Assembly (NCBI GenBank): GCA_000434035.1
Contig: FR893522.1
Location: 83,138-147,137 of the forward strand
From: Clostridium sp. CAG:452
GTDB taxonomy: Bacteria > Bacillota > Clostridia > TANB77 > CAG-508
DNA length: 64,000 bases
Reading direction: 5' to 3'
The notes below the pieces were generated by a model. That model had not been told where the DNA came from. It saw only the letters and a program-made list of their open reading frames with translations, and did no database searches. Every line of letters starts with the position of its first letter. Within the stretch, counting starts at the first letter, position 1. Positions 19,808 to 30,222 of this stretch are shown here, one piece after another. A program made the translations under genes and the position numbers.

Positions 19808-20669
19808 ATGAACATAGCAAATGAATGGAAAGATTACGAAATATTAGATATGGCAAATGGGGAAAAATTAGAGAGATGGAAGAATATAGTTTTAGTAAGA
19901 CCAGATCCACAAATAATCTGGAAAGATAAAACATTTCCAGAAAAATGGAACAAAGCAAATGCTGTATATAAAAGAAGCAACAAAGGTGGTGGAGGTTGGA
20001 ATTACAAAACAAAACTTCCAGAAAGTTGGCAAATAAAATATAAAGATTTAACATTCAATATAAAACCAATGGGATTTAAACATACAGGACTTTTCCCAGA
20101 ACAAGCAGTTAATTGGGATTGGATGATTAATAAAATAAAAAATGCAAAAAGATCAATAAAAGTATTAAATCTATTTGCATACACAGGAGGTGCTACTGTT
20201 GCATGTTTATATGCAGGTGCATCTGTTTGCCATGTGGACAGTTCAAAAGGAATGGTAGCATGGGCAAAGGAAAATGTTGCCTCATCAAAATTACAAGATA
20301 AACCTGTTAGATATATTGTAGATGATGTAGTTAAGTTTGTTCAAAGAGAAATTAGAAGAGGAAATAAATATGATGCAATAATAATGGATCCTCCATCATA
20401 TGGAAGAGGGGCTTCACGGAGAAGTATGGCAATTTGAAAACAATATATCAGATTTAATAGAATTATGCACAAATGTTTTAAGTGATAATCCATTGTTTTT
20501 CTTAATAAACTCATATACAACAGGAATTTCGGCAGAAGTTTTAAGTAATTTACTAAGACTAAACTTAAAAAAGTATAATGGAAAAATAACATCAGGGGAA
20601 ATAGGATTACCCATGAAAGACTCAAACCTTATATTACCATGCGGTATATTTGGTAAATGGGAAAAATAA
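19808..20669 (+). pseudogene. class I SAM-dependent methyltransferase (RlmI/YccW-like), interrupted by a +1 frameshift at about 20417
   Basis: GLFPEQ and MDPPSYGRG motifs precede the break, and GEVWQFENN...ILPCGIFGKW follows it. The junction is restored by deleting the C of TTCA[C]GGAGAA or one G of the GGGG run. Confidence 0.65.
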
Positions 20670-20703
20670 AATTATGTTAACTTTATAAAACTGCCAAAAA
20701 AAT

Positions 20704-20740
20704 ATACAAAAACAAAATTAAAAGTTTTTGTATATTTTTT
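20704..20740 (+). terminator. rho-independent terminator
   Basis: TATACAAAAAC...GTTTTTGTATA hairpin followed by a T-run. Confidence 0.55.
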
Positions 20741-20818
20741 TTTGCTTTTTATAAACAAAATGAAAAAAAGAAAACATTTAATTGTAAAATCAAATCATCG
20801 AAACAAGAGGTGATTAAT

Positions 20819-21445
20819 TTGATAGAAAATATATGCAATAAATTAACTCTCAAAATAAGAAAAGAAATGCCAGAAGTAGATGATGAAAGAGCAGAAGTAA
20901 TAAACTATGGCTTACAGTTAGTAATTGGAGAAATTCCAAAAACATTTGTACTTTTAATAATTGCATACATATGTGGAGTTTTAGAATTATCAATAATTGC
21001 ATTGCTTGCAATTATGCCATATAGACTAACATCAGGAGGCGTACATTTAAAAACACATATTGGTTGCATTATAGGAACAAGTTTATTCTACGTAGGAAGT
21101 TCACTTCTAAGTAAATACGTTGTAATAGAACCATTATATATAAAATACATACTAATAGGGATTACATGGATATTTAGCATGATAATGATAAAATTATATG
21201 CACCAGCAGATACAGAAGATGTTCCAATTTTAAGGAAAAAAGAAAGAAGTATAAAGAAAAATTTATCATATATAACAATGACATTAACACTTGTAGCTTC
21301 AATAATTGTAAAAGATACAGTGCTTTCAAATTTGTTAATATTTCTAACAATTTTTCAAACAATTTGGATTAGTAAATTTACATATAAAATAACAAATAAT
21401 AAATATGGATATGAAGAATATGTAAAATTAAAAAATGTAACATAA
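20819..21445 (+). CDS. agrB: accessory gene regulator protein B (AgrD-processing membrane peptidase)
   Basis: Polytopic AgrB family. TTG start 8 nt after an AGAGG RBS; the ORF track gives a GTG at 20810 that abuts the RBS. Confidence 0.8.
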   Translation: MIENICNKLTLKIRKEMPEVDDERAEVINYGLQLVIGEIPKTFVLLIIAYICGVLELSIIALLAIMPYRLTSGGVHLKTHIGCIIGTSLFYVGSSLLSKYVVIEPLYIKYILIGITWIFSMIMIKLYAPADTEDVPILRKKERSIKKNLSYITMTLTLVASIIVKDTVLSNLLIFLTIFQTIWISKFTYKITNNKYGYEEYVKLKNVT

Positions 21446-21487
21446 TTGAACGACATATAAAATAAAGAAAAAAGGGGGGGAATAAAA

Positions 21488-21607
21488 ATGGTAAAATTAT
21501 TAGCAAAATTAGCAGAAAAATATGCAAAAAGAACAAATACAGCATGCTTTTTCTGGACAGTTTTACATCAACCAAAAATGCCTGCTTCACTTGTAAAAAA
21601 AGACTAA
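21488..21607 (+). CDS. agrD: AgrD autoinducing-peptide precursor (39 aa)
   Basis: MVKLLAKLAEKYAKRTNTACFFWTVLHQPKMPASLVKKD has an amphipathic leader, a Cys-containing core and a conserved HQP..P tail, as in clostridial AgrD (compare CLWFTHQPEEP). A GGGGGG RBS precedes it. Not in the ORF track because it is shorter than 60 aa. Confidence 0.7.
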   Translation: MVKLLAKLAEKYAKRTNTACFFWTVLHQPKMPASLVKKD

Positions 21608-21625
21608 TAAAATAAGAAGTAAAAA

Positions 21626-21655
21626 AGAAAGCTGTGTAAAAAACAGCTTTTTTTA
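21626..21655. terminator. bidirectional terminator between convergent agrD and the kinase
   Basis: AAAGCTGT-gtaaaaaac-AGCTTT hairpin flanked by A and T runs. Confidence 0.55.
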
Positions 21656-23014
21656 ATTATAAATTTCCAATTGTTGTGTAAAAAACTCACCAGATTTAGT
21701 AGTAAACAAATTTAAATTATTATTTTTCTTTAAAATTTTACGAACTTCCCATAAGCCTAGACCATGGCTTTTTCCATCAAAATCGTTTTTTGAAGTATAG
21801 CCCTTTTCAAAAATTTTATCAGTATTAACATCTTTATTTGTGTATGTATTAGATATAACTATTAATTGTCTATTTAGTTTAGCTTCTTTTCTAATTGTTA
21901 AATTAATCTTTTTTACATCATTACATTTATTACTTGCTTCTATTGCATTATCGAGCAAAATTCCTAAAACTCTTGTTAATTCATATGTTTTCATATTTAT
22001 ATCTGCTAAATTAGAAAAAACTTCAACTTCCATAGAAATCCCCATATCTTCTGCTTTGTGATATTTAGAAGTAATTAAACTATATGCTGCAGGATTTTGT
22101 ACTAGTTCTGGGTTTAATATAGATAAGTTATTAGATTTTCTGCAGTCTTTCATCAAATCATTGTAGTAGTCCTTTAAACCATCCATATTATTGGTAGCAA
22201 TATAACCACCTATAGATTGAACAATGTTTCCAAAATCATGTTTAAATCCTCTAATATTGTCATATAAAATATTTAAAGTTTTATTATATAATCTTTCTTC
22301 TTCCAAACTTGCAGTAGTTTCCTCTAGTTTAATAGTTCTTGCTAAGCTATACATAGTAAAAATAAAATAAACCAATAAAACAAAAATATTTAATACAGTT
22401 AAAGTAAGAGGAATATAATAACTATATATTGTAGCTAAATATGATTGAACTGCCAAAGCAATTATACCAATAATCATATTAAAAAGTAGTATTAATTTGT
22501 CCTTTTTATTTAAACTATCTGTTATATTGATATTTATAGAAAAACGAATAAAAAATCTATATAATAAATATGCAGTAGTATACATTAATAAAGAACAAGT
22601 AAATTTTGCAAGTGGAATTTGAACGAATGTGTTTGTCGGTATTTTAGATAAAGTTACACAAATATTTAATAATATTGATGAAAGAACAACAAAAATTATA
22701 TAAGGTATTATTTCTGCTAAAATAGCTTTTAAAATATTGGTTTTAAAAATAACATATACTAAAATTGGATAAGCAATTAAATTAATAAAAGTATAATATG
22801 GAGAAGGAACAAAAAGAGAAGTTAGTGTTCCTATAACAGAAAAGGAAATTGAATAAAGCACTAATTGTTTATTAGTATGTTTTATTTTTAAAATAGTAGT
22901 AAATAATAAGCAAGTTACAAAAGCTTCTATTATTGAGAAAGGTATAGTCAATATATTGATTAAATTTTGATTTTCAGTTGTTAACGCAGTCCATATTGTT
23001 TGCAAAATTTCCAT
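21653..23014 (-). CDS. AgrC-like sensor histidine kinase (HPK10 family, GHKL ATPase)
   Basis: Polytopic N-terminus and a C-terminal HATPase with the GLGLWEV G2 box. The start is taken at MEILQ (GGAGG RBS, 9 nt spacer), which removes the apparent overlap with the regulator gene. Confidence 0.75.
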   Translation of the reverse strand: MEILQTIWTALTTENQNLINILTIPFSIIEAFVTCLLFTTILKIKHTNKQLVLYSISFSVIGTLTSLFVPSPYYTFINLIAYPILVYVIFKTNILKAILAEIIPYIIFVVLSSILLNICVTLSKIPTNTFVQIPLAKFTCSLLMYTTAYLLYRFFIRFSININITDSLNKKDKLILLFNMIIGIIALAVQSYLATIYSYYIPLTLTVLNIFVLLVYFIFTMYSLARTIKLEETTASLEEERLYNKTLNILYDNIRGFKHDFGNIVQSIGGYIATNNMDGLKDYYNDLMKDCRKSNNLSILNPELVQNPAAYSLITSKYHKAEDMGISMEVEVFSNLADINMKTYELTRVLGILLDNAIEASNKCNDVKKINLTIRKEAKLNRQLIVISNTYTNKDVNTDKIFEKGYTSKNDFDGKSHGLGLWEVRKILKKNNNLNLFTTKSGEFFTQQLEIYN

Positions 23015-23705
23015 TTTTAAAAACCTCCAAAATTTCATTTTTATATTTAGATCCAATAAAGCAATTACTATTATTTGGGAATAAAATAGTATTGGCAATT
23101 GAATTTACATTAGTAATATTTTTAACATTTACTATAAAAGATTTATGACATCTTACAAAGTTTTCTGGCAGACAATCTTGAATTTTACTAAAAGAACTAT
23201 AAGTTTCGTAAGTACGAGTATTTGTACAAAAAACAAGTTTCATGCCATCCTTTTTTATATAGTTTATTTCATTTTGATTTATTATAGTATTATTACTTAA
23301 TTTAATATATTTAGCAGGGCTTTGGCGAATATCTTCCATGAGCCTTAAAATAGTTTCTTCTAGTCTATCATCAACAATGGGCTTAGGAATATAATCAAAT
23401 GTTTTATATTTATACGCCATAAGAACATATTCTAAATGTCCAGTAGTAAAAATTATATATGCATTTTTATTAGTTTTTCTAACTATGTTTGCAATATCAA
23501 ATCCAGTAATTTCTGATTTTAAATTTATATCTAAAATTAATACATCAAATTTATTTTTTTTAACAAACTCAATAACTTCATTTGCTTTAGAAGATTCTAA
23601 AATAATAGAAGCGTCTATATTGTGTCTGATAAATATAGATTCTAACATTTTGGAAAGTCTAGAAAGAACAGAAGCATTGTCATCGCATAAAACAAAATTT
23701 AACAT
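22977..23705 (-). CDS. LytTR-family response regulator (AgrA-like)
   Basis: Receiver domain (DVLILDINL) plus a C-terminal LytTR DNA-binding domain. 243 aa. Confidence 0.8.
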
Positions 23706-23907
23706 ATATGCCTCCTATAGGTAATATAATTAACTATAAAAAACAAAAATGAAGCTACATAAAAACAAAAAAATTACTATTTTTTTCCAAAAACAAACTA
23801 AATATAATATAGTCCAAAAAAATTTTATTGTCAATATAAAAAATAAAATCTAACAGTTACGAGTAATTATTAACAATGACCAGAACTTCAAAAAGGAGGA
23901 TTTTCAT

Positions 23908-24720
23908 ATGAGATCTAATAAAATAGCATATATATTGCTAGCAACTATAGTGTGTATATTTACATTTAGTGTGATGATGATAAATAATAGTGCAAACCAA
24001 ACAAGTATAACAACAAGCACATCAAGTTTGTCAAATAAAAAAATAGGCTGGGGAATAAAAAGAAATGATAACCATGAGCAACCAGATTTAGGAAGTAAAA
24101 ATAAAGAATTATTAGAAAAATATGATGGAATAGCCATGGGAAATAAAGAAGAAAAACTAGTATATTTAACATTTGATGAAGGGTATGAGGCAGGCTATAC
24201 CCCTAAACTATTGGATATATTAAAACAAAACAATGTTAAAGCTGCATTTTTTATAACAGCACATTATTTAAATACACAGCCAGAATTAGTGCAAAGAATG
24301 ATTGATGAAGGACATATAGTTGGAAATCATACAGTAAACCATAAAAGTATGCCAGATTTAGATGACGAAAAAATTAAAAGCGAAATCATGGAACTTCACA
24401 AATCAGTATATGAGAAATTTGGCTATGAAATGAAATATATAAGACCACCAATGGGAGAGTATAGTGAAAGAACTCTAGAAATAACAAAAAGTTTGGGCTA
24501 TACAACAACAATGTGGAGTTTTGCATATGATGACTGGAACGAACAAAAACAAGGTAGAGAAGAATATGGGAAAACAAAAGTAATTTCTAATGTGCACAAT
24601 GGAGCAATAATACTATTACATGCAAATTCTGTAGACAATAGTAATATATTAGACTCTTGCATAAAAGAAATAAAAAACATGGGATATGAATTCAAAAGTC
24701 TAGACGAATTTAAATTGTAA
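23908..24720 (+). CDS. pdaA: polysaccharide deacetylase, delta-lactam-biosynthetic de-N-acetylase PdaA-like (spore cortex)
   Basis: LTFDEGYEAGYTP...GHIVGNHTVNH...YIRPPMGEY...MWSFAYDDW closely parallels PdaA. Signal or TM N-terminus and an AAGGAGG RBS. Confidence 0.75.
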   Translation: MRSNKIAYILLATIVCIFTFSVMMINNSANQTSITTSTSSLSNKKIGWGIKRNDNHEQPDLGSKNKELLEKYDGIAMGNKEEKLVYLTFDEGYEAGYTPKLLDILKQNNVKAAFFITAHYLNTQPELVQRMIDEGHIVGNHTVNHKSMPDLDDEKIKSEIMELHKSVYEKFGYEMKYIRPPMGEYSERTLEITKSLGYTTTMWSFAYDDWNEQKQGREEYGKTKVISNVHNGAIILLHANSVDNSNILDSCIKEIKNMGYEFKSLDEFKL

Positions 24721-24828
24721 TTTGTGTGAGGGGGAATTCTAGGGACTGTCCCTTAAAATCACCAAACCTGGGGATTTTGGCGACTGTCCTGAATTCATCC
24801 GGAATTAAACAAATTAGAGGAGGAGAAC

Positions 24829-25116
24829 ATGAGAAATAAAAGACACACAAGATTTTATAATAAAGTAAACCAGATTTTAGAAGTCCCAAGAGAAGTAATG
24901 GAAGAAGTCCCCAAATTTACAATAATTAGTTTTGATGAAATGTTAATAGAAAATTATAAGGGAATTTTAGAATATGAAGAATTTTATATAAAGCTTAGTA
25001 CAAAAATAGGACTAATAAATATAAATGGATTTAATTTAGCATTAGAACAAGTAACAGAAGATGACATATCGATAAAAGGAAAAATAGAAAGTGTATCAAT
25101 CGAAAGAACAGAATAA
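24829..25116 (+). CDS. yqfC: YabP/YqfC-family sporulation protein
   Basis: 95 aa YabP-like. Directly upstream of yqfD, as in Bacillus. Confidence 0.7.
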   Translation: MRNKRHTRFYNKVNQILEVPREVMEEVPKFTIISFDEMLIENYKGILEYEEFYIKLSTKIGLININGFNLALEQVTEDDISIKGKIESVSIERTE

Positions 25117-25136
25117 ATAAGAACGGAGGATAAAAG

Positions 25137-26321
25137 GTGTTTTTAAAAATATTACTAAACTACATATTGGGATATGTAAATATAAAAGTTGAAGGATTTT
25201 TTATAGAAAGATTTATAAATATTTGTATAAGCAAGAAAATATTACTATGGAATATGAAAAGAGAAAAATCAACAATATTATATGCAAATATTGGAATACA
25301 AGACTATAAGAAATTAAAAAATATAGCTAAAAAAACTAAAACAAGAATAAGTATACAAAGCAAAAAAGGAATGCCATTCTTATTACATAGGTATAGAAAA
25401 AGAAAAATATTTGTTGGGCTATTGGCAATAATATTTATTGCTTTATTCATGATGTCAAAATTTATATGGAATATAGAAGTAAAAGGAAATACTAGAATTT
25501 CAAAAATAGAAATCTTAGAAGAATTAAGTAAAAACGGATTAAAAATTGGAACATACAAAGGAAAAATAAATGCGAATTCAGTTATAAATAAAATTAGACT
25601 AGATAGAGAAGATATAGCTTGGATAGGAATAGACATAGAAGGAACAAATGCAATAGTAGAAATAAAAGAGACAAGTAAAGCACCAGAAATAATAAATGAA
25701 AATGAGTATTGCAATATAATATCAAATAAAGAAGGTATGATTACAAAAATTAATGTTCAAAATGGTACTGCCGTAGTAAAAGAAGGAGATATAGTAAAAG
25801 AAGGAGATACCTTAGTTTTAGGATATTTAGAAGGAAAATATACAGGAATTAGATATGTACATGCAAAAGCAGATATAGAGGCAAAAATTTGGTATTCAAA
25901 AAAAGAAAAAGTTTTTTTAAAACAGCAAATACAAGTTCCCACAGGTGCTACGGAAGAAAAGTATACATTAAATATAAATAATTTTAAAATAAATTTTTAT
26001 AAAACCCTTTCAAAATTTGAAAATTATGATACAATAAATGAGAATAAAAAATTAAAGCTACTTTCTAATTTTTATTTACCGATAGAAATAATAAAAAAGA
26101 CGAACTACGAGTACAAATACGAAGAGAAAATATATACGGAAGAAGAACTTGCAAAGCTAACAGAAGAAAAAATAGAAAAAGACTTAGACGAAAAAGTATC
26201 ACAAAAAGAAAACATAATAAACAAACAGACTAATATTTATCCAAACGAAGATTACATAGAGGTAGAAGTCATATATGAAGTGCTTGAAAACATCGGTAGC
26301 GAAGACAAGATAATATTTTAA
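25137..26321 (+). CDS. yqfD: sporulation protein YqfD
   Basis: 394 aa with a TM segment near residue 95. Family-typical size and position after yqfC. Confidence 0.7.
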   Translation: MFLKILLNYILGYVNIKVEGFFIERFINICISKKILLWNMKREKSTILYANIGIQDYKKLKNIAKKTKTRISIQSKKGMPFLLHRYRKRKIFVGLLAIIFIALFMMSKFIWNIEVKGNTRISKIEILEELSKNGLKIGTYKGKINANSVINKIRLDREDIAWIGIDIEGTNAIVEIKETSKAPEIINENEYCNIISNKEGMITKINVQNGTAVVKEGDIVKEGDTLVLGYLEGKYTGIRYVHAKADIEAKIWYSKKEKVFLKQQIQVPTGATEEKYTLNINNFKINFYKTLSKFENYDTINENKKLKLLSNFYLPIEIIKKTNYEYKYEEKIYTEEELAKLTEEKIEKDLDEKVSQKENIINKQTNIYPNEDYIEVEVIYEVLENIGSEDKIIF

Positions 26322-26337
26322 AGGAATGGGTGGTAAT

Positions 26338-27543
26338 ATGGAACAAAGGAGCCTAAGGGTCTTAGATACAAACAAAACATTTTTCTCAAAATTAACTAGC
26401 ACAATTACAAAAATGCTTATACCAACAAAAGTAAGCATAAATGGAATGATGATTTCTATAAAAAGAAATAATTTAATAAAGGCATATTCAAATTATGAGG
26501 TTGCCGTAAAAGAAGACGATATAGATAAAAAAGATAGTCTATTTAAAAAATATGAAGAAGCATATAGTTTATATCTAGAAGCAATAGACAAATATATAAT
26601 GGATTCTGTATACAAAAAGGTTAAAAATAATACAGCATCAGAATTTGAAAAAAATGCTCTTGCAAAATACTATATGGTAGTAAGCTTAAAACAAAATCAA
26701 TATATAGAATATAAATATAAAAAGCAAGAATATTTACTTAAAGTAGATTACGAGTCAGTGATAAACTTAAAAAAGCAATCTACAATAGATAAGTATAATG
26801 AGTTTTATGTTGCAAAAATGGACTCATTATATAAAGGACTTTTAAAAAATTATTCAATACAATTAGCAGATACTGTAAGTAGTAAAGTAGAAGAAATAAA
26901 CAATATATATACAAAAATATTTAAATGTTTAGAAGACTATATATCAGATATATTACCAATAAAAATGAGAATAAATAATGGTGAAGAATATAAAAATATT
27001 CTAAACGATTACGATAAATATGAAACAATGCAAGTAGGAAAACAAGACGAAAGAGACATTATAAGAAAACAAATGGTGCTATTAGGAATTAGTAGAGAAT
27101 TATTTACACATAGTCTTCCACTAATTGCAGCAGAACAATGCTATATAAAACTATTGAAAGATACAAGAAAATTATTAGAAAAGCAAGAAAGCAAAGCTAA
27201 AAAAGAAAGGACATTTGAGCTTTTAATAGAACTAATAGAAGAATATAATATACGACTACTATCTACAAAAGTATATTGGGACAAGCCAGAAGAAAGAGAA
27301 GAATATAAAAAGTTCTGGGCAAAATATAATGAAATTCAAAAAATAGAAAATGAAGAAGAAAAGAAAGAACAAAAAGAAATACTATTCTTAAAAAATGACT
27401 TAAAGAAACTAAACAGAAGTAAAAACAATTACAGTAAAGTAATAAAAATAATAAAAGAAAAATTAGTACAACAAGGAGCAATAAGACAAATAAAAAATAC
27501 TTGTAAAACTATGGAGGGGAGCTATAAAAAGCAAGTAGCATAA
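26338..27543 (+). CDS. hypothetical Lys/Glu-rich coiled-coil protein
   Basis: About 400 aa with no recognisable motif. It occupies the slot where phoH/yqfF sit in Bacillus. RBS GGGTGG. Confidence 0.45.
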   Translation: MEQRSLRVLDTNKTFFSKLTSTITKMLIPTKVSINGMMISIKRNNLIKAYSNYEVAVKEDDIDKKDSLFKKYEEAYSLYLEAIDKYIMDSVYKKVKNNTASEFEKNALAKYYMVVSLKQNQYIEYKYKKQEYLLKVDYESVINLKKQSTIDKYNEFYVAKMDSLYKGLLKNYSIQLADTVSSKVEEINNIYTKIFKCLEDYISDILPIKMRINNGEEYKNILNDYDKYETMQVGKQDERDIIRKQMVLLGISRELFTHSLPLIAAEQCYIKLLKDTRKLLEKQESKAKKERTFELLIELIEEYNIRLLSTKVYWDKPEEREEYKKFWAKYNEIQKIENEEEKKEQKEILFLKNDLKKLNRSKNNYSKVIKIIKEKLVQQGAIRQIKNTCKTMEGSYKKQVA

Positions 27544-27568
27544 AGCTTGCTTTTTGTAAGATTACTAA

Positions 27569-28033
27569 ATGAAAGTTGTAGAAATAAATTTTTTGGATAT
27601 AGAAGAAAATAAAGAATATGAAAACACAATAAACAAAGTAGTAGAAAAATGCTTTGAGGAAGAAAACTTGCAAAATAAAAATTTATATATAAATGTGATT
27701 TTAACAGATCCAAAAAACATAAGGGAAACTAATAAAAAATATAGAAATATCGATAAAGAAACAGATGTGCTATCATTTCCAATGTTTGAAAAAGATGAGA
27801 TACCAAATATAGAAGGAAACATACCAGATGTATTAGGAGATATAGTAATATCAATAGACAGAGTAAAAGAACAAGCAAAAGAATATGGACACAGCTTTGA
27901 AAGAGAATTATCATATATGGTTGTTCACGGATTCTATCATTTAATGGGATATGACCATATGAAAGAAGACGAGAAGAATATAATGAGACAAAAAGAAGAA
28001 AATGTCTTAGAAAAATTAAAAATATTAAGGTAA
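27569..28033 (+). CDS. ybeY: rRNA maturation endoribonuclease YbeY
   Basis: HGFYHLMGYDH metal-binding motif, 154 aa. Confidence 0.85.
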   Translation: MKVVEINFLDIEENKEYENTINKVVEKCFEEENLQNKNLYINVILTDPKNIRETNKKYRNIDKETDVLSFPMFEKDEIPNIEGNIPDVLGDIVISIDRVKEQAKEYGHSFERELSYMVVHGFYHLMGYDHMKEDEKNIMRQKEENVLEKLKILR

Positions 28034-28044
28034 GGGTGAAATTA

Positions 28045-29142
28045 ATGGGAAGAAGAGAAAAAACAAAAGCAAAAAATGCAAATGGAGTAAAAATATTAAT
28101 AATAATACTTGTATTACTATTGATAGTTGCAGGAGTATTATTTGCATTAAAAGCATTAAAGAAAGGACAAGTAGAACAAGTTAATAATGGAGAAGTTCAA
28201 CAAGAAGAGAAAGAACAACCAAAATTAAAAATAGTAAATCAAAATTCTAAATCTAGACCATATGCAGTTATGATAAATAATAACCATGCAGCATGGCCAC
28301 AATGTGGAATAGGTGATGCATATATAGTATATGAAATTGTTGCAGAAGGTGGAATAACAAGAATGATGGCACTTTATAAAGACCAAGATACAGCAAAAAT
28401 TGGTTCAATAAGAAGTGCAAGACATTATTTTATAGATTATGCAGAAGAAAATGATGCAATATTTGTACATTGGGGAGGAAGTCCACAAGCATATTCAAGA
28501 CTAAATTCAATAGATTCAATAGACGGAATAGCACTAGAAGGATCAGTATTCTTTAGAGATAAAACACTAAAAAGAGATTTAGAGCATACTGGATTTACTA
28601 GCATGAAAAATGTAAAAGAATATGCAGATAAAAAAGGTTACACAAGAGATACTAAAAAAGATTTATTATTAAATTACAGCATAGAAGATATTGACATGAG
28701 CAATATACCAAATGTTCAAACAGCAGATAGTGTAAGTATAAAATACTCAGATTATCATACAACAAGCTATAAATATGATGCAGATAAAAAAGTATATTAT
28801 AGAAGTATGGCAGGAAAGCCAAATGTTGACTTAGAAACAGGAGAACAATATACAGCAAAAAATATAATAGCATATGCAGTAGATAACTACACATTATCAG
28901 ATGGAGAAAATAAAGGAAGACAAGATATAAAAAATATAGGAACAGGTAAAGGATATTATATCTCAGAAGGAAAAGCAATTCCAATAACATGGGAAAAGAA
29001 ATCACACAGTGAGCAAACAGTATATAAATACGAAAATGGAGAAGAATTAAAAGTAAATGATGGAAATACATTTATACAAATCTATCCAACAACAGGATCA
29101 ATAAGTATTAAAGCAAATGAAACAACACAAAACGCAGTATAA
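28045..29142 (+). CDS. DUF3048-domain protein, membrane-anchored (YerB-like)
   Basis: N-terminal TM anchor followed by a large extracytoplasmic domain. ATG at 28045 preferred over the GTG at 28036. Confidence 0.55.
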   Translation: MGRREKTKAKNANGVKILIIILVLLLIVAGVLFALKALKKGQVEQVNNGEVQQEEKEQPKLKIVNQNSKSRPYAVMINNNHAAWPQCGIGDAYIVYEIVAEGGITRMMALYKDQDTAKIGSIRSARHYFIDYAEENDAIFVHWGGSPQAYSRLNSIDSIDGIALEGSVFFRDKTLKRDLEHTGFTSMKNVKEYADKKGYTRDTKKDLLLNYSIEDIDMSNIPNVQTADSVSIKYSDYHTTSYKYDADKKVYYRSMAGKPNVDLETGEQYTAKNIIAYAVDNYTLSDGENKGRQDIKNIGTGKGYYISEGKAIPITWEKKSHSEQTVYKYENGEELKVNDGNTFIQIYPTTGSISIKANETTQNAV

Positions 29143-29245
29143 ATATATAAAAAGAGACAAATTCAAATTTTTGAATTTGTCTTTTTTTCTCTAAAAAAAT
29201 ATGATAAAATAATTGCGTAAAAACAAATAAATAAGCGAGGTAAAA

Positions 29246-30148
29246 ATGGAAAAATTTAAATCAGGATTTGTTTCAATAATAGGAAGAACAAATGTAGGAA
29301 AATCAACACTAATAAATAGCTTACTAGGAGAAAAAGTAGCAATAACAGCAAATAAATCACAAACAACAAGAACAGTAATAAAAGCTATAATAAATAACAA
29401 AAATTCACAAATAATATTTACAGACACACCAGGAATACACAAACCAAAAACAAAATTAGGAACAACAATGAATGATAATGCGTGGTCAACAATTCCAGAA
29501 GTAGATATAATTTTATTTATAGTAGAAGCAACATCAAATGGTATTGGAAAAGGAGACCAAATGATTTTAGAAAAGCTTAAAGAATCAAATAAAAAAGCAA
29601 TACTAGTAATAAACAAAATAGATTTAATTGAAAAGGAAAAACTTCTAAAATTAATAGATTTATATAATAAAGAATATAATTTTGTTGCAACGATTCCAAT
29701 TTGTGCAACACAAAATGAAAACACGAATAAAATAATAACAGAAATAGAAAAAAATCTTCCAGAGGGACCAGCATATTATGATGTAGAAGAATATACAGAC
29801 CAAACGGAAAGACAATTGGTGGAAGAGCTAATAAGAGAAAAAGCATTAAGATTACTTGACCAAGAAGTACCACATGGAATATATGCAGAAGTAGAAAAAA
29901 TGAAATTAAGAAAAACAAGCAAAAATCAAGATATATACGACATAGAAGCAACAATATATGTTTTAAGAAAGTCACATAAAGGAATAGTAATAGGAAAAGA
30001 AGGAAGCATGTTAAAAAGAATAGGAACATATGCAAGACAAGACATTGAAAAAATGTTAGACACAAAAGTAAACCTAAAACTATGGGTAAAAATAAAAGAA
30101 GGTTGGCAAGATAATGACAGCATAGTAAAAAAATTTAAAAATGAATAA
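29246..30148 (+). CDS. era: GTPase Era
   Basis: G1 GRTNVGKST, G3 DTPG, NKID, and a C-terminal KH domain. 300 aa. Confidence 0.9.
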   Translation: MEKFKSGFVSIIGRTNVGKSTLINSLLGEKVAITANKSQTTRTVIKAIINNKNSQIIFTDTPGIHKPKTKLGTTMNDNAWSTIPEVDIILFIVEATSNGIGKGDQMILEKLKESNKKAILVINKIDLIEKEKLLKLIDLYNKEYNFVATIPICATQNENTNKIITEIEKNLPEGPAYYDVEEYTDQTERQLVEELIREKALRLLDQEVPHGIYAEVEKMKLRKTSKNQDIYDIEATIYVLRKSHKGIVIGKEGSMLKRIGTYARQDIEKMLDTKVNLKLWVKIKEGWQDNDSIVKKFKNE

Positions 30149-30222
30149 ATTCATATAAAAAAACAAAAGATAAAATTAGAGGTAAAAGTACATATGCAAA
30201 AAGAAAAAAGGAAGTGTTTAAT

